From the NCBI GenBank assembly GCA_965277285.1, contig OZ255721.1, positions 3,168,001 through 3,232,000 on the forward strand: a DNA stretch of 64,000 bases, read 5' to 3'. Within the stretch, counting starts at the first letter, position 1, and each line of letters opens with the position of its first letter. Made by a program: the position numbers and the translations under genes. Positions 10,619 through 20,030 of the stretch are shown piece by piece. Source of the stretch: Abditibacteriaceae bacterium. GTDB lineage: Bacteria > Armatimonadota > Abditibacteriia > Abditibacteriales > Abditibacteriaceae. Below the pieces are notes generated by a model. It made no database searches, was not told the DNA's origin, and worked only from the letters and a program-made list of their open reading frames with translations.

Positions 10619-11344
10619 TTATGCGTGCAAGCGCGATTCTTCGTTGGGATAAGCACCTTCTTCATCGACTTCGCCTTCTTCCAGCAAATGTTCGCGCAGA
10701 AAACCATTCAGGCGACGCCACAAAGTTTGCGCGGGAACGGAATCTTCGCGCCAGAAACGCGCCGCAGCGTCGTAGACTTTGACTGCGCCGCGCTTGTCGT
10801 GATTGATCATTTGCGCGCGCAAACGACCGATTTCGTTGGCCGGAAAGTTAGAATCTTGTCCGGCGAAAGCGGCGAACAAAGTGCCTTCCAAATTCGCCAG
10901 AAAATTGAGCGGCGAGCCGGGACGTTGCGCTGTCGAAACCGGATACGTGATGACGCCGCCAATATCGGCGGCAACGGCAAAACGCGCATCCGAAGCGGCG
11001 GCCATCAACGCGTAAGCGCCGCTCCAGCCCCAGCCGATGATGCCGATTCGAGTACTCGAGGCGACGTTTTCCAGATGGGAAACGATGTTTTCGACGATTT
11101 TCGCATCGGACAATGTGTCGGCGTAAACGGCGAAATCTTCGGCTGTCGGCGCCGCGCCGTCCTTGCCTTTGGCGCCTGCAAACAAGTCGGGCGTAATGAC
11201 ATCGAAGCCGGATTCGGAAAGTTTGTCCCCAACGCTTTTCGTCCAATTGTCCAAACCTTCGATGTCGTGCAGCACTACGAGAAGCGGGCGCGCAACGGTT
11301 TGTAAGGTGGTGGAATCGGTGGAAGAAGTTAATATGGAAGTCAT
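10619..11344 (-). CDS. Dienelactone hydrolase family protein, apparently lacking the catalytic Cys and His
   Basis: LVVLHDIEGL, GFDVITPDLF, IGIIGWGWSG (canonical G-x-C-x-GG), AGQD. Confidence 0.8.
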   Translation of the reverse strand: MTSILTSSTDSTTLQTVARPLLVVLHDIEGLDNWTKSVGDKLSESGFDVITPDLFAGAKGKDGAAPTAEDFAVYADTLSDAKIVENIVSHLENVASSTRIGIIGWGWSGAYALMAAASDARFAVAADIGGVITYPVSTAQRPGSPLNFLANLEGTLFAAFAGQDSNFPANEIGRLRAQMINHDKRGAVKVYDAAARFWREDSVPAQTLWRRLNGFLREHLLEEGEVDEEGAYPNEESRLHA

Positions 11345-11402
11345 AAAAATTGTCCTTGAAGTAATCGAGTTGAAGAGCGGCAAGAGAACCCCGAGCGTTC
11401 TT

Positions 11403-12080
11403 TTAAGCTGATGACAAATTTTGGCAGAACGGATTAGTCGCTTTTTCCTGCGCGAGGCTTGTTGGCGCGCCGTGTCCGGGCAGAATGCGCGTGTTGTCGG
11501 GCAGGGCGCACAGTTTGGCCAGCGAACGGCGTAAGATTTCTCCATCGCTGCCCGGAATATCGGTGCGACCAACCGAACCTTTGAACAACACATCACCCGC
11601 GATGCAGACATTTTCTTGTGCAAAATAAAAAGCGACTGAACCTGGCGAATGTCCTGGAAGCAGCAAAACTTCGCATTCGAGGTCGCCGACTTTTAAGGTT
11701 TGGCCTTCGTGCAGCCACGCAGTAGGAATGATAATTGGCACTTCGGGCAAGCCGAGCAACATCACAGCCGTATCGGGCAAGCGTTCGAGCAGCCATTCAT
11801 CGTCGCGGTGCATTACAACCGGAACATCGAATTGCGATTTCCAGAGCGCGTTGTCGTAAATGTGATCGAAGTGGCCGTGCGTGTTCCAAATTGCGCTGAA
11901 TGTGTAGCCGTCGCGCGTTAATTCGAGTACTCGATTGAGCGCATTCTGGCTGTCGAGCGACGGATCAACGACGACGAATTGTTTGCTGGCGTCGTCGCGC
12001 AAAATGTATAAATTGTTGGACAAAGGGCCGACTTCAAAGGTTTCGATGTGCAAAGTTGATGGAATAGTTGAATTGGTCAT
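11403..12080 (-). CDS. MBL-fold metallo-hydrolase (glyoxalase II-like)
   Basis: THGHFDH, PGHSPGS, GDVLFKGSVGRTD, PGHG motifs. Confidence 0.93.
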   Translation of the reverse strand: MTNSTIPSTLHIETFEVGPLSNNLYILRDDASKQFVVVDPSLDSQNALNRVLELTRDGYTFSAIWNTHGHFDHIYDNALWKSQFDVPVVMHRDDEWLLERLPDTAVMLLGLPEVPIIIPTAWLHEGQTLKVGDLECEVLLLPGHSPGSVAFYFAQENVCIAGDVLFKGSVGRTDIPGSDGEILRRSLAKLCALPDNTRILPGHGAPTSLAQEKATNPFCQNLSSA

Positions 12081-12183
12081 AACGTTGGTACTTTATCAAA
12101 ACGCGGGTGTTGCGTTATACTCGAAGTTCCTGTTTTTGAGTGATGTGCGGCCTGCATTTGAGCGATGCGCCGCGAGGTGCGCC

Positions 12184-14424
12184 ATGTCTTCTCCTTCTTC
12201 GCAGCCTTTTTCTTACCATCGGTTCGACCCTTTGAACGACGCGAGCGAAGAAACCAACTTGCCCGCGATAGCTGAATCGACGAGCGGCGCGGTTGTCGCA
12301 GCACCCAATGGACAAACCTTGGCAGGCGATTCAAGCGGAGACGAACCCTCGAGTTCCAATAGCGAAACAGTTTCGGATACTGAAGGACGCCGCGCGCGTC
12401 ATTTGCTGGATCGCGCATTTGCGCTATGGGAAAAAGGCGACAATAGCGGCGCGATTTTAGCGTGTCGCCAATCATTGACGATTGATTCTCAGGCGGCGGG
12501 CGCTTATTCGATGTTGGGCTTGTTGCTCGAACGCGCGGGCGATGTCAAAGGCGCCATTGCCGCTTATGACAAGGCCGTCGAACTCGAACCCGACAGCGTT
12601 CTCGAACGCGATAGCGCCCAGCGTTTGCGCGCCGCCAGTCAAAGCAACGCAGCGCCGATGTTTCACTTCGAAGACGCCGAACTTTTCGACACGTCCAGCG
12701 ACACGTCTACCAACGACTTGCCCGCTCTGGCGGAACCCGCATCCGCGTCACAAAACGCAAACCTCGCGGCGCCCGTGACAAATCAAGCCGCAACAAACCT
12801 CATAGCAACGCCGACGAGTGCGCCGCTATCGAGTACTCAAATCGGAGCGCCAACTGTTGCGACATCAGCAGTTGCAACGCTGACGAACAAGCCGAATACG
12901 CCGCCTCGTGCCGCGACGAACGCTGCTGTCGACGCGGCTTCTTTGTCCGGCGCAACTTTGTCCGGCGCAACGATACTCACTGCGCCCACAACTTCAAATC
13001 CCACGTTGCCCAAAGCGCAGACAACAGGTGTTGCAAGCGCGCCGCGTTCTCCGGTTGCGACGGCTCCTGTTTCTTCTGGCGCTGTGACAGCGACCATGGT
13101 TGCGCCTGCGACTGCTGCGCCTGCGACTGTTGCGCCGCGCGTCGTACCATCTTCAACGGTAACACCGACTTCGACCCAAACGCCGCGTGCGGCCGGGCAA
13201 ATTGCGCCTGTTGTGGCTTCATCGGTTGTCATGCCGAGACAAACTCCGGCGACGGGAACAAATCGGCAAGTGAACCCGTTGCCGGTGGCTTTACCATCTT
13301 CAATGCCTGTAGCGTCCGCCGCAACGCCTTCGGTTCTTCTCACTGACAGCACGCCGACTTTGATGTCTTCGTGGCAAAGCGCGCGAACGTTCTGGATGCG
13401 CAGTTTGCCGTTGGTGGCGGTGGCAGGAACCGGTTTCCTTTTTATGTTGTGGTCGCGTGGCGTAGCTCTTGACCGCGAACGTCATGCTGTCCCATCGACA
13501 TCGAGCACGACAGTGATCAATACCGTCGCGGGCGCCACAACGCCCACGACAACGAGCGTGGCCGATAACGTTGCGCCGCTGCAAAATGCTGGTGCTACGA
13601 ATGCCGGTGCTGCGAATGCGAACACTTCGAGTACTGGAAACAGCAACGTGAATGTTGCCAATGCGGGCGTCATTAAATCAACAGTTGCCAGTTCAGGCGT
13701 GCCTGCCACCACGTTACCTACACCTTCTGGCTTGATTGTCAACAATGCGCCAGCGAAAACAACGGTGACGAACACGGCGAGTTCTGCAAACACAAACCGT
13801 GCTGATCGTGTGGAAACAAGGCGCGAACGGCGCGCTCGCCGCGAGGACAACTCAGGTTATTCGGGTAACGCGAACCGCGAGGCCGAACGCCCGACATCTC
13901 GCTTGCCGCGCGGAGGAATGCCAGCGCCCGATGTGAGCTCGATTCCGCCGGCCAATGTGTCGAGTTTGCCGCGTTCATCGAACGATGCAGGCGCTTCGTC
14001 GGCTTCCAATGGCGCTCTCCCACCAATTATCCAAGTGCCGCCAAGCGATGGCGGTAATGGCGGGCAAAGCAACAACGGCGGAAATGCTGGTGGAAACAAT
14101 GGAACGCAGCCTGACTCGGGACCGTTACCGGCGTTTCCACCGCCCTCGCAGGTGCAATCGCGCACGCAAAACCAGATGAGCGAAGGTGCGCCGTCCGCCT
14201 CGTCCGAAAATAGTTCCGCAGTTCGCGCTGCCGATACGGCTTATAAATACCAGACGCGCGCTTTGATTTACGTTGAGCAGGGCAATAATTCGCGCGCCGC
14301 CAGCGATTTTCAAAGCGCGATGGCGTTATATCGTCGCCAGATCGCGCGCGGCGAAAACGTGGACGATGCGCGGCGCGGCCTCGAAGCCTGCCGCGACGGT
14401 TTGAAGTTGATTACCGCGTCTTAA
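12184..14424 (+). CDS. TPR-containing membrane protein with long Ala/Thr/Pro/Ser linkers
   Basis: N-terminal TPRs (AYSMLGLLLERAGDVKGAIAAYDKAVELEP), one central TM (LPLVAVAGTGFLFMLW), C-terminal TPR-like helix pair. Confidence 0.7.
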   Translation: MSSPSSQPFSYHRFDPLNDASEETNLPAIAESTSGAVVAAPNGQTLAGDSSGDEPSSSNSETVSDTEGRRARHLLDRAFALWEKGDNSGAILACRQSLTIDSQAAGAYSMLGLLLERAGDVKGAIAAYDKAVELEPDSVLERDSAQRLRAASQSNAAPMFHFEDAELFDTSSDTSTNDLPALAEPASASQNANLAAPVTNQAATNLIATPTSAPLSSTQIGAPTVATSAVATLTNKPNTPPRAATNAAVDAASLSGATLSGATILTAPTTSNPTLPKAQTTGVASAPRSPVATAPVSSGAVTATMVAPATAAPATVAPRVVPSSTVTPTSTQTPRAAGQIAPVVASSVVMPRQTPATGTNRQVNPLPVALPSSMPVASAATPSVLLTDSTPTLMSSWQSARTFWMRSLPLVAVAGTGFLFMLWSRGVALDRERHAVPSTSSTTVINTVAGATTPTTTSVADNVAPLQNAGATNAGAANANTSSTGNSNVNVANAGVIKSTVASSGVPATTLPTPSGLIVNNAPAKTTVTNTASSANTNRADRVETRRERRARREDNSGYSGNANREAERPTSRLPRGGMPAPDVSSIPPANVSSLPRSSNDAGASSASNGALPPIIQVPPSDGGNGGQSNNGGNAGGNNGTQPDSGPLPAFPPPSQVQSRTQNQMSEGAPSASSENSSAVRAADTAYKYQTRALIYVEQGNNSRAASDFQSAMALYRRQIARGENVDDARRGLEACRDGLKLITAS

Positions 14425-14482
14425 TTCCGCTGCCTTTTGGTTTTAAGGCGTGGTTTGATGACGTTTTTGTTGGAGAAATTGC

Positions 14483-16717
14483 ATGACATTTCCTATTCGT
14501 CCGGCGCAACACCAAAGCCCGACATCGCTTTCGAGTACTCGATATAGCGCAAAATGCGCCTCTTCCTGGACAACTGTTTTGGCGGATGCCGTCGCGCCCT
14601 GCGTTTTGTTATGCGCTCTGTCCGCGCCCGTTTTTGCCGTTCCTTCGTCGCCTACGCCATCAGCTATGCCATCGGCGACGCCTTCTGTGACGCCTTCTGT
14701 GACAACGCCTCCTACGATCACTACGCCAATGGTTGCGGCGGCTCCAATTGCTTCTTCCACAGCAAATTCAGCAAATGCGAGCGCGATTGTTTCCGCTGCT
14801 TCGTTGTCGGCGTTCAATGTTTTGCTGGTGCCGTTGGATCATCTGGGAAATACGGCGTCTGACACGGCGAGCCTGGGCAATGGTATAACGGATAGCGCCA
14901 CCGAATTGGCAGCGGGCAGCGAGGCGGCGATTGTCGTTGGCCCGGCGCAAGCGGCAGCGGCTCCTTTGCGTCGCGCCTTATTGAAGCGCGGTTTAAGTGA
15001 CGTATTGACAGCGGCACCAAATAGTTCCGTGTTGCGTCGCGCGGTCGCTGAAAACCGCTTGTCGCAACGAGTACTCGATCAATTGAATGAGGCGATGAGT
15101 ACCATTGCTGCTTCGGTCAGCCTGACAACAAGCGACGCATCCGCTGCTTTGATGCCGCCAACCTCCGTATCGACTGCGCCATCTTCCAGTTCATCGACTT
15201 CAACTGCGCCAGCTATGGATCCGAGCGCAGATAATCCAAACGCGAACGCGTCGTCGTTGCCCGCGATTGTTCCGAGCGTGATGCTGAGCGCTCAGGTGAA
15301 CTCATTTGAGAGCGCCACGCAGCGTGCAATTGCGGCGGCGTCGCGCTTGGGACAGGCTTTGAATTATCGCGCGGTCTTGATTTTGACGCTGACTTCCGAC
15401 AGTGCAGGAAAAACGCACTACGTGATGCTGTTGGTCGACGCGTTGCGCGAAACCGGCGATGTTACAACTTTCGATGTTCCAGCCGCCAGTTCCGCAGTCA
15501 GCACAACGGCAACGACAACAACCGGAACGACGAACGCCAATCGTTTGGTGAGTTATCAGAATTCGGCGGAAGTCGGTTCCACTCTGCTACAGCAAAAGCT
15601 GGCGATTTGGGCACAGGCGCCATCGGGAGATCGCAACAAAATCACGGCGGATTCGCTGGCGACAGCGCGTGCGGCTTTATCGGAAAATCGCCTGAGCGAT
15701 GCGCGCGATGCCTTGTCGCGCGTTTTGGCTTTTGATGCAACGCAACGCGATGCGCTTATGCTACTGGGCGATGTTCAACTCAAAGGCGGCGACGCAGATG
15801 CCGCGATATTGTCGTATCGCCGCGCGGCGGCTTTGGACGGCGATAAAGGCGCGGCGTGGGCGCAAATTGCGACGGCTTATGCTGCTTCGAGCAACTGGCC
15901 CGAAACCTTGAACGCCGGAAAACAAGCGCTGGCGGCGAATACCGATTCGGTGGCGTTGCGCTTAGCGATGGCGACTGCGCAACTGGGACGCGCGCAACTT
16001 TTTACCGATGCAGGACGCGCCGAAAGCGCTGATGACGCGTTGCAGGATGCCGCAATTCATCTGGCGCAAGCGCGACAAATGGCGCCCGACGATCCCGCAG
16101 TTTTACGCTTACTGGCGCAGCAGTTGACGATGCAAAATCAGTCGCGCCAGGCGCTGCAGATGCTCGACCGCGCCGCGCCGCAACTCATCGGCGACCGCGA
16201 TTTCCAAGTTTCTTACGCGACACTTTTGGCCGGGCGCGACGGGCGCGAACGAGACGCTTTCGCCGCTTGGATGCGCGCCACGAAATTGTCCAACGATGCG
16301 GCTGCAAACCCCGGTTCGAGTACTGGAAATGCGACGCAATTGCCGACTGTGGATCGCGCGCGTTTTCGTCGCCTGGTCGAAGGCTACGATCAAACGGTGG
16401 CGAAGATGGTGATGCGCGCTTATGCACTGACCGATGGCGTGGTGCAGGGAAATATTTCGCGCGATAGCGCCCTGCTCGAACTCAAGCCGATGACGGACGA
16501 CATCGCGCTGGCCAACAGCGTTCTGAAATCGCTAACGCCTCCCGACGACCGCCAGCGCGACGCTTACACCGCGCGCTTGGCCGTCGGCGATACTTTCAGC
16601 CAAGCCATCAACGCTTATGAAATGTACGCGGAAAACAGCGACGATTCTCTGCACGACAAAGCTATCGAACTGCACAAAGACGCCATGGCGCGCCTGAACG
16701 CGCTGCGCTCCAGTTAG
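14483..16717 (+). CDS. Exported TPR-repeat protein
   Basis: Signal-like hydrophobic N-region ending PVFA; several TPRs (ALMLLGDVQLKGGDADAAILSYRRAAALD). Confidence 0.7.
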   Translation: MTFPIRPAQHQSPTSLSSTRYSAKCASSWTTVLADAVAPCVLLCALSAPVFAVPSSPTPSAMPSATPSVTPSVTTPPTITTPMVAAAPIASSTANSANASAIVSAASLSAFNVLLVPLDHLGNTASDTASLGNGITDSATELAAGSEAAIVVGPAQAAAAPLRRALLKRGLSDVLTAAPNSSVLRRAVAENRLSQRVLDQLNEAMSTIAASVSLTTSDASAALMPPTSVSTAPSSSSSTSTAPAMDPSADNPNANASSLPAIVPSVMLSAQVNSFESATQRAIAAASRLGQALNYRAVLILTLTSDSAGKTHYVMLLVDALRETGDVTTFDVPAASSAVSTTATTTTGTTNANRLVSYQNSAEVGSTLLQQKLAIWAQAPSGDRNKITADSLATARAALSENRLSDARDALSRVLAFDATQRDALMLLGDVQLKGGDADAAILSYRRAAALDGDKGAAWAQIATAYAASSNWPETLNAGKQALAANTDSVALRLAMATAQLGRAQLFTDAGRAESADDALQDAAIHLAQARQMAPDDPAVLRLLAQQLTMQNQSRQALQMLDRAAPQLIGDRDFQVSYATLLAGRDGRERDAFAAWMRATKLSNDAAANPGSSTGNATQLPTVDRARFRRLVEGYDQTVAKMVMRAYALTDGVVQGNISRDSALLELKPMTDDIALANSVLKSLTPPDDRQRDAYTARLAVGDTFSQAINAYEMYAENSDDSLHDKAIELHKDAMARLNALRSS

Positions 16718-16837
16718 CAGGAGGCAGCGGCAGGAGGCAGTTCGAGTACTCGAAATGGAAACAGTGTCGCTGAACTGTCCTGCGCCCCAACTGCCGCTGC
16801 TTTCTGCCGCTGCTTCCTGATGACTGCCTCCTGAACT
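16714..16837. repeat. GC-rich periodic inverted repeat enclosing a TCGAGTACTCGA copy
   Basis: GCAGGAGGCAGCGGCAGGAGGCAG...CTGCCGCTGC...CTGCCTCCTG. Confidence 0.55.
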
Positions 16838-17956
16838 ATGCTCGTCCGCGATTTCGACTACGACTTGCCGCCGGAACTGATCGCGCAAACGCCGGTTCAT
16901 CCGCGCGATGCGGCGCGTTTGCTTCATGTGCAACGTGACAGCGGCGCACTTTCGCACCACGTTTTTGCCGATTTGCCGCAGTTGTTGCGTCCCGATGATT
17001 TGCTGGTTTTTAATGACACGCGCGTTTTGCGTGCTCGATTGCGCGGTTATAAAATCGGGGGAAGCGGACAAAACGGCGCGCGCGTCGAAGCACTTTTGCT
17101 GCGCGAAAAAGAGCGCAACGTGTGGGAAGTTTTGCTGCGTCCTTCGGCGCGATTGAGGATTGGGACGCTGCTCCTTTTTTCCTCGCCCGATGAAAGCGTT
17201 CAAGTGAACGCCACGCCTTTAACACGAATTGACGAAGGTTGGACGCTGCAATTTCTCCCTGAAAATGGCGCGGATGTGCGCGCTTTTTTGCCGCAGTTGG
17301 GCGAAGTTCCTTTGCCGCCTTATATCGCCGCGCGCACCTCGACCGAAGACGATTACCAAACTGTCTACGCGCGTGGCAAGCATCACGATTCACAATCGAG
17401 TACTCGATCCGCAGAAACGCCCATCTTGGAATCATCCGCAGCGCCGACTGCGGGTTTGCATTTCACGCCAGAATTGCTGGAAAATTTGCGTGAACGTGGT
17501 CTGGAACATTGCTTTGTAACGCTGGGAATCGGCATCGGAACCTTTCGCCCGATGCAAAGCGAGAACGTTGAAGAACACGTAATGCACCGCGAAGAATACG
17601 AAGTTTCACCACAAACCGCGCAGAAAATCAACGAGCAAAAAGCGCGCGGCGGGCGCATTGTCGCAGTCGGTACGACGACAGTTCGCGTTCTGGAGTCGGC
17701 AACCGCCGCCAACGGTCAAGTGCGAAGCGGTTGGAATTCGACCGAGATCTTTCTTCGTCCGGGCTGCCAATTTCGCGTGGTCGATGCCTTGATTACCAAC
17801 TTTCATTTGCCGCGCTCGACGCTTTTAGTGATGATCACGGCCTTTGCGCAACAGAAAACGCCCGACGGCTTGGCGCTCGTGCGCGCCGTTTATGAAGAAG
17901 CCGTGCGCGAACGCTATCGTTTTTTCTCGTTCGGCGACGCGATGCTAATCGAATAA
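16838..17956 (+). CDS. queA: S-adenosylmethionine:tRNA ribosyltransferase-isomerase
   Basis: DFDYDLPPELIAQTP, LPPYI, YQTVYA, AAPTAGLHF, TNFHLPRSTL, YRFFSFGDAM. Confidence 0.98.
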   Translation: MLVRDFDYDLPPELIAQTPVHPRDAARLLHVQRDSGALSHHVFADLPQLLRPDDLLVFNDTRVLRARLRGYKIGGSGQNGARVEALLLREKERNVWEVLLRPSARLRIGTLLLFSSPDESVQVNATPLTRIDEGWTLQFLPENGADVRAFLPQLGEVPLPPYIAARTSTEDDYQTVYARGKHHDSQSSTRSAETPILESSAAPTAGLHFTPELLENLRERGLEHCFVTLGIGIGTFRPMQSENVEEHVMHREEYEVSPQTAQKINEQKARGGRIVAVGTTTVRVLESATAANGQVRSGWNSTEIFLRPGCQFRVVDALITNFHLPRSTLLVMITAFAQQKTPDGLALVRAVYEEAVRERYRFFSFGDAMLIE

Positions 17957-18088
17957 AAAGTTCGTGCGTAAATCAGGTTTTTACTTGTTCAAAGTTGGTG
18001 CAGAAAGTAGGAACAAATCATCGAACTCACACTATATCGTTCTGAGAGGTTGTCAATAAAGTTGTAAAAGGTAGTAAAAAATGCTCGC

Positions 18089-18188
18089 AACTCGCAGTTT
18101 GTCATTCTGATGGGTGCCCTCCGGGCAGTGCGAAAAATCTAACTTCAACCACATTCTTCTCTGTGCTCAGAATGACAAACTGCGAGTT
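18089..18188. repeat. REP family A copy (degenerate)
   Basis: AACTCGCAGTTTGTCATTCTGA...CAGAATGACAAACTGCGAGTT inverted arms. Confidence 0.75.
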
Positions 18189-18221
18189 TGATAACGTTTC
18201 AACTTATGCCCTGTAAATGAC

Positions 18222-18656
18222 ATGGATTCTGCTGACGTAACAGAACTCAAAGCAAATTATCGAGCGACGACGGAAACTTTTGCCATGGTTGAAAAAAGCG
18301 ACGCGCAAAACGAATTTGACGAACAACATGACGCAGATGAACCGCTTTCGAGTACTCGTCCGAGTGCGCAAAAACGCGGGCGCCCGTCTCGCAAAACGGG
18401 CGACGAAAAACCGGTGCAACGCGTGCGCTTGCGTGTTGAAACGCGCGCTCAAATGCTGGAGCGTTTGACGAATCCGCAGATTTCGTTGCACGAAGCGAGC
18501 GTGATCTTGGACGTTTGTTCGGCCACCGTGCGCCATTATGCGGACGACGGAAAACTCGCGCACACGCGCACAACAGGCGGACAACGCCGCTTCCGCCTGC
18601 GCGAAGTGCTGGCTCTGGGGCGCGTGATGGAAGCCAGAAAACGCAAGCGACGCTGA
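18222..18656 (+). CDS. BldC/excisionase-like (MerR-type HTH) DNA-binding protein
   Basis: LHEASVILDVCSATVRHYADDGKLAHTRTTGGQRRF resembles the BldC/HTH_17 signature. Confidence 0.8.
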   Translation: MDSADVTELKANYRATTETFAMVEKSDAQNEFDEQHDADEPLSSTRPSAQKRGRPSRKTGDEKPVQRVRLRVETRAQMLERLTNPQISLHEASVILDVCSATVRHYADDGKLAHTRTTGGQRRFRLREVLALGRVMEARKRKRR

Positions 18657-18713
18657 AGCCTTTGAACGTTTGGCGCACGAGTTTCTTATATCGAGTACTG
18701 GATATAAAAACTC

Positions 18714-19361
18714 ATGGCGCGCATCTTTGGTCAAGAATGGAGTGAACTGGATATGAAAGCGTCTGAAATTTATCAACGCCATTATGATGACGAACCTGAT
18801 TGGCAGCAAGCGGAAGACGCTTTGTTTGATGAAAGTTGTGACACAATTCGCCGCTTTGCTCTTGAACATCCCGAATGCCTTTGCGCATTTTTCGCTTTCG
18901 ATTGCGACGCGGTTTATGGCGACGTGAATATGAATTTTGATTCAGCGCAAAATGGCTTCGCGGAGGGTAAAAAATATCAGAACTATTCTGTAAAAGGTCG
19001 AAAAGAAAAGTTGGTGGATGAGGATTCTTGGCGGTGGGCGCAGGCCTATTTTGCCCTTTCTATGGTCGAACACTCTATTAGTGTGTCCGATTTTGAATTC
19101 TCTTTGTATGGAGAAAAGCGGTTTCGTGATTGGGAAATGTTCGCTTTTAGTTCGTGCTATCCGAAAAGAGAACGAGATGAAGACGCTGATTATTTGACAG
19201 GTCATGTCACGCTGGTATTATGGCGTGTCTTGGAGCGTCTTCACGATGCTAAAATCTTTGAGCATCTCAATTTGGCTTCTCCTTTTCGTCTGGGCTATGA
19301 ATACCACGACGATGCACGCGGTCTTGTCGTCGCGCGGATTATGAATTGGACGCAGCCTTGA
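18714..19361 (+). CDS. DUF4303-like protein (lower GC; alternative start 18753)
   Basis: IRRFALEHPE..CAFFAFD, LERL...IFE pattern and GYEYHD C-terminus. Confidence 0.55.
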   Translation: MARIFGQEWSELDMKASEIYQRHYDDEPDWQQAEDALFDESCDTIRRFALEHPECLCAFFAFDCDAVYGDVNMNFDSAQNGFAEGKKYQNYSVKGRKEKLVDEDSWRWAQAYFALSMVEHSISVSDFEFSLYGEKRFRDWEMFAFSSCYPKRERDEDADYLTGHVTLVLWRVLERLHDAKIFEHLNLASPFRLGYEYHDDARGLVVARIMNWTQP

Positions 19362-19367
19362 AAGCAG

Positions 19368-19396
19368 ATGACAACGCTTGATGCTTGTAGTAAAAT
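19368..19396 (+). promoter_or_regulatory. Putative sigma70 promoter of the tRNA-Ser/SRP locus
   Basis: ATGACA-17 bp-TAAAAT ending 8 bp before tRNA-Ser. Confidence 0.6.
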
Positions 19397-19404
19397 GTTT
19401 CGAC

Positions 19405-19494
19405 GGACAGATGGCCGAGTGGTTGAAGGCGATAGTCTCGAAAACTATTGTACACGTAAGTGTATCGGGGGTTCGAATCCCTCTCTGTCCGCCA
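19405..19494 (+). tRNA. tRNA-Ser(CGA)
   Basis: GGACAGA acceptor stem, anticodon loop CT-CGA-AA, long variable arm, GGTTCGAATCC, encoded CCA. Confidence 0.96.
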
Positions 19495-19496
19495 GC

Positions 19497-19576
19497 AAAA
19501 AGTTCTCAATTTTGAATTCTTAGTTTTGAATTGGACATCCTAACTCAAAACTAAGAATTCAAAATTGAGAACTTTT
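19497..19576. repeat. AT-rich heptamer-periodic inverted repeat (tRNA spacer hairpin)
   Basis: AAAAGTTCTCAATTTTGAATTCTTAGTTTTGA...TCAAAACTAAGAATTCAAAATTGAGAACTTTT; relatives at 19669-19742, 47700-47763, 47858-47934, 48270-48328. Confidence 0.8.
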
Positions 19577-19580
19577 GTTT

Positions 19581-19668
19581 GGACAGGTGTCCGAGTGGTT
19601 TAAGGAGCACGACTGGAACTCGTGTGGGTGTAACAGCCTCGTGGGTTCGAATCCCACCCTGTCCGCCA
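19581..19668 (+). tRNA. tRNA-Ser(GGA)
   Basis: GGACAGG/CCTGTCC stem, CT-GGA-AC loop, long variable arm, encoded CCA. Confidence 0.96.
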
Positions 19669-19750
19669 TTGAATTTTAAGTTTTAAATTCTTAATTTTGA
19701 ATTGTTTTTAAACTCAAAATTAAGAATTTAAAATTAAGAATTCTTCTTTT

Positions 19751-20020
19751 TGGTTGCGCTAAGCGGGGAGATAGCGGTGCCCTGAATCTGCAATCCGCTC
19801 AGCAGAGCCGAATTCCTGCGCTACGGCCCCATCTTGTGAAGCTGGGCGAAACACGGAACATTGAGGAGCGGGTCCTATGCGACGGCGCGATGTGAACCTC
19901 GCCAGGGCCGGAAGGCAGCAACGATAAGCGTTTAGCGTCGTGCGCCGTAGGTCGCCTGCTCTGAGCCACCGATTTCGATTCCGTTCGGAAGATGCCGGTC
20001 AAAGCGCGGGTGCGCAGCCA
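19751..20020 (+). ncRNA. ffs: Large bacterial SRP RNA with Alu domain
   Basis: 5' GCTAAGCGGGGAG..AGCGGTGCCCTG..CTGCAATCCGCTC like Bacillus scRNA; CCAGG..CCGGAAGG.AGCA helix 8; TGGTTGCGC/GCGCAGCCA closing helix; directly upstream of dnaX. Confidence 0.93.
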
Positions 20021-20030
20021 ATCCTTTTCG

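Noticed and set aside
18222..19668. Prophage or integrative element at tRNA-Ser
   Set aside because: An Xis-like HTH is present, but there is no integrase, no duplicated tRNA 3' end and no phage genes.
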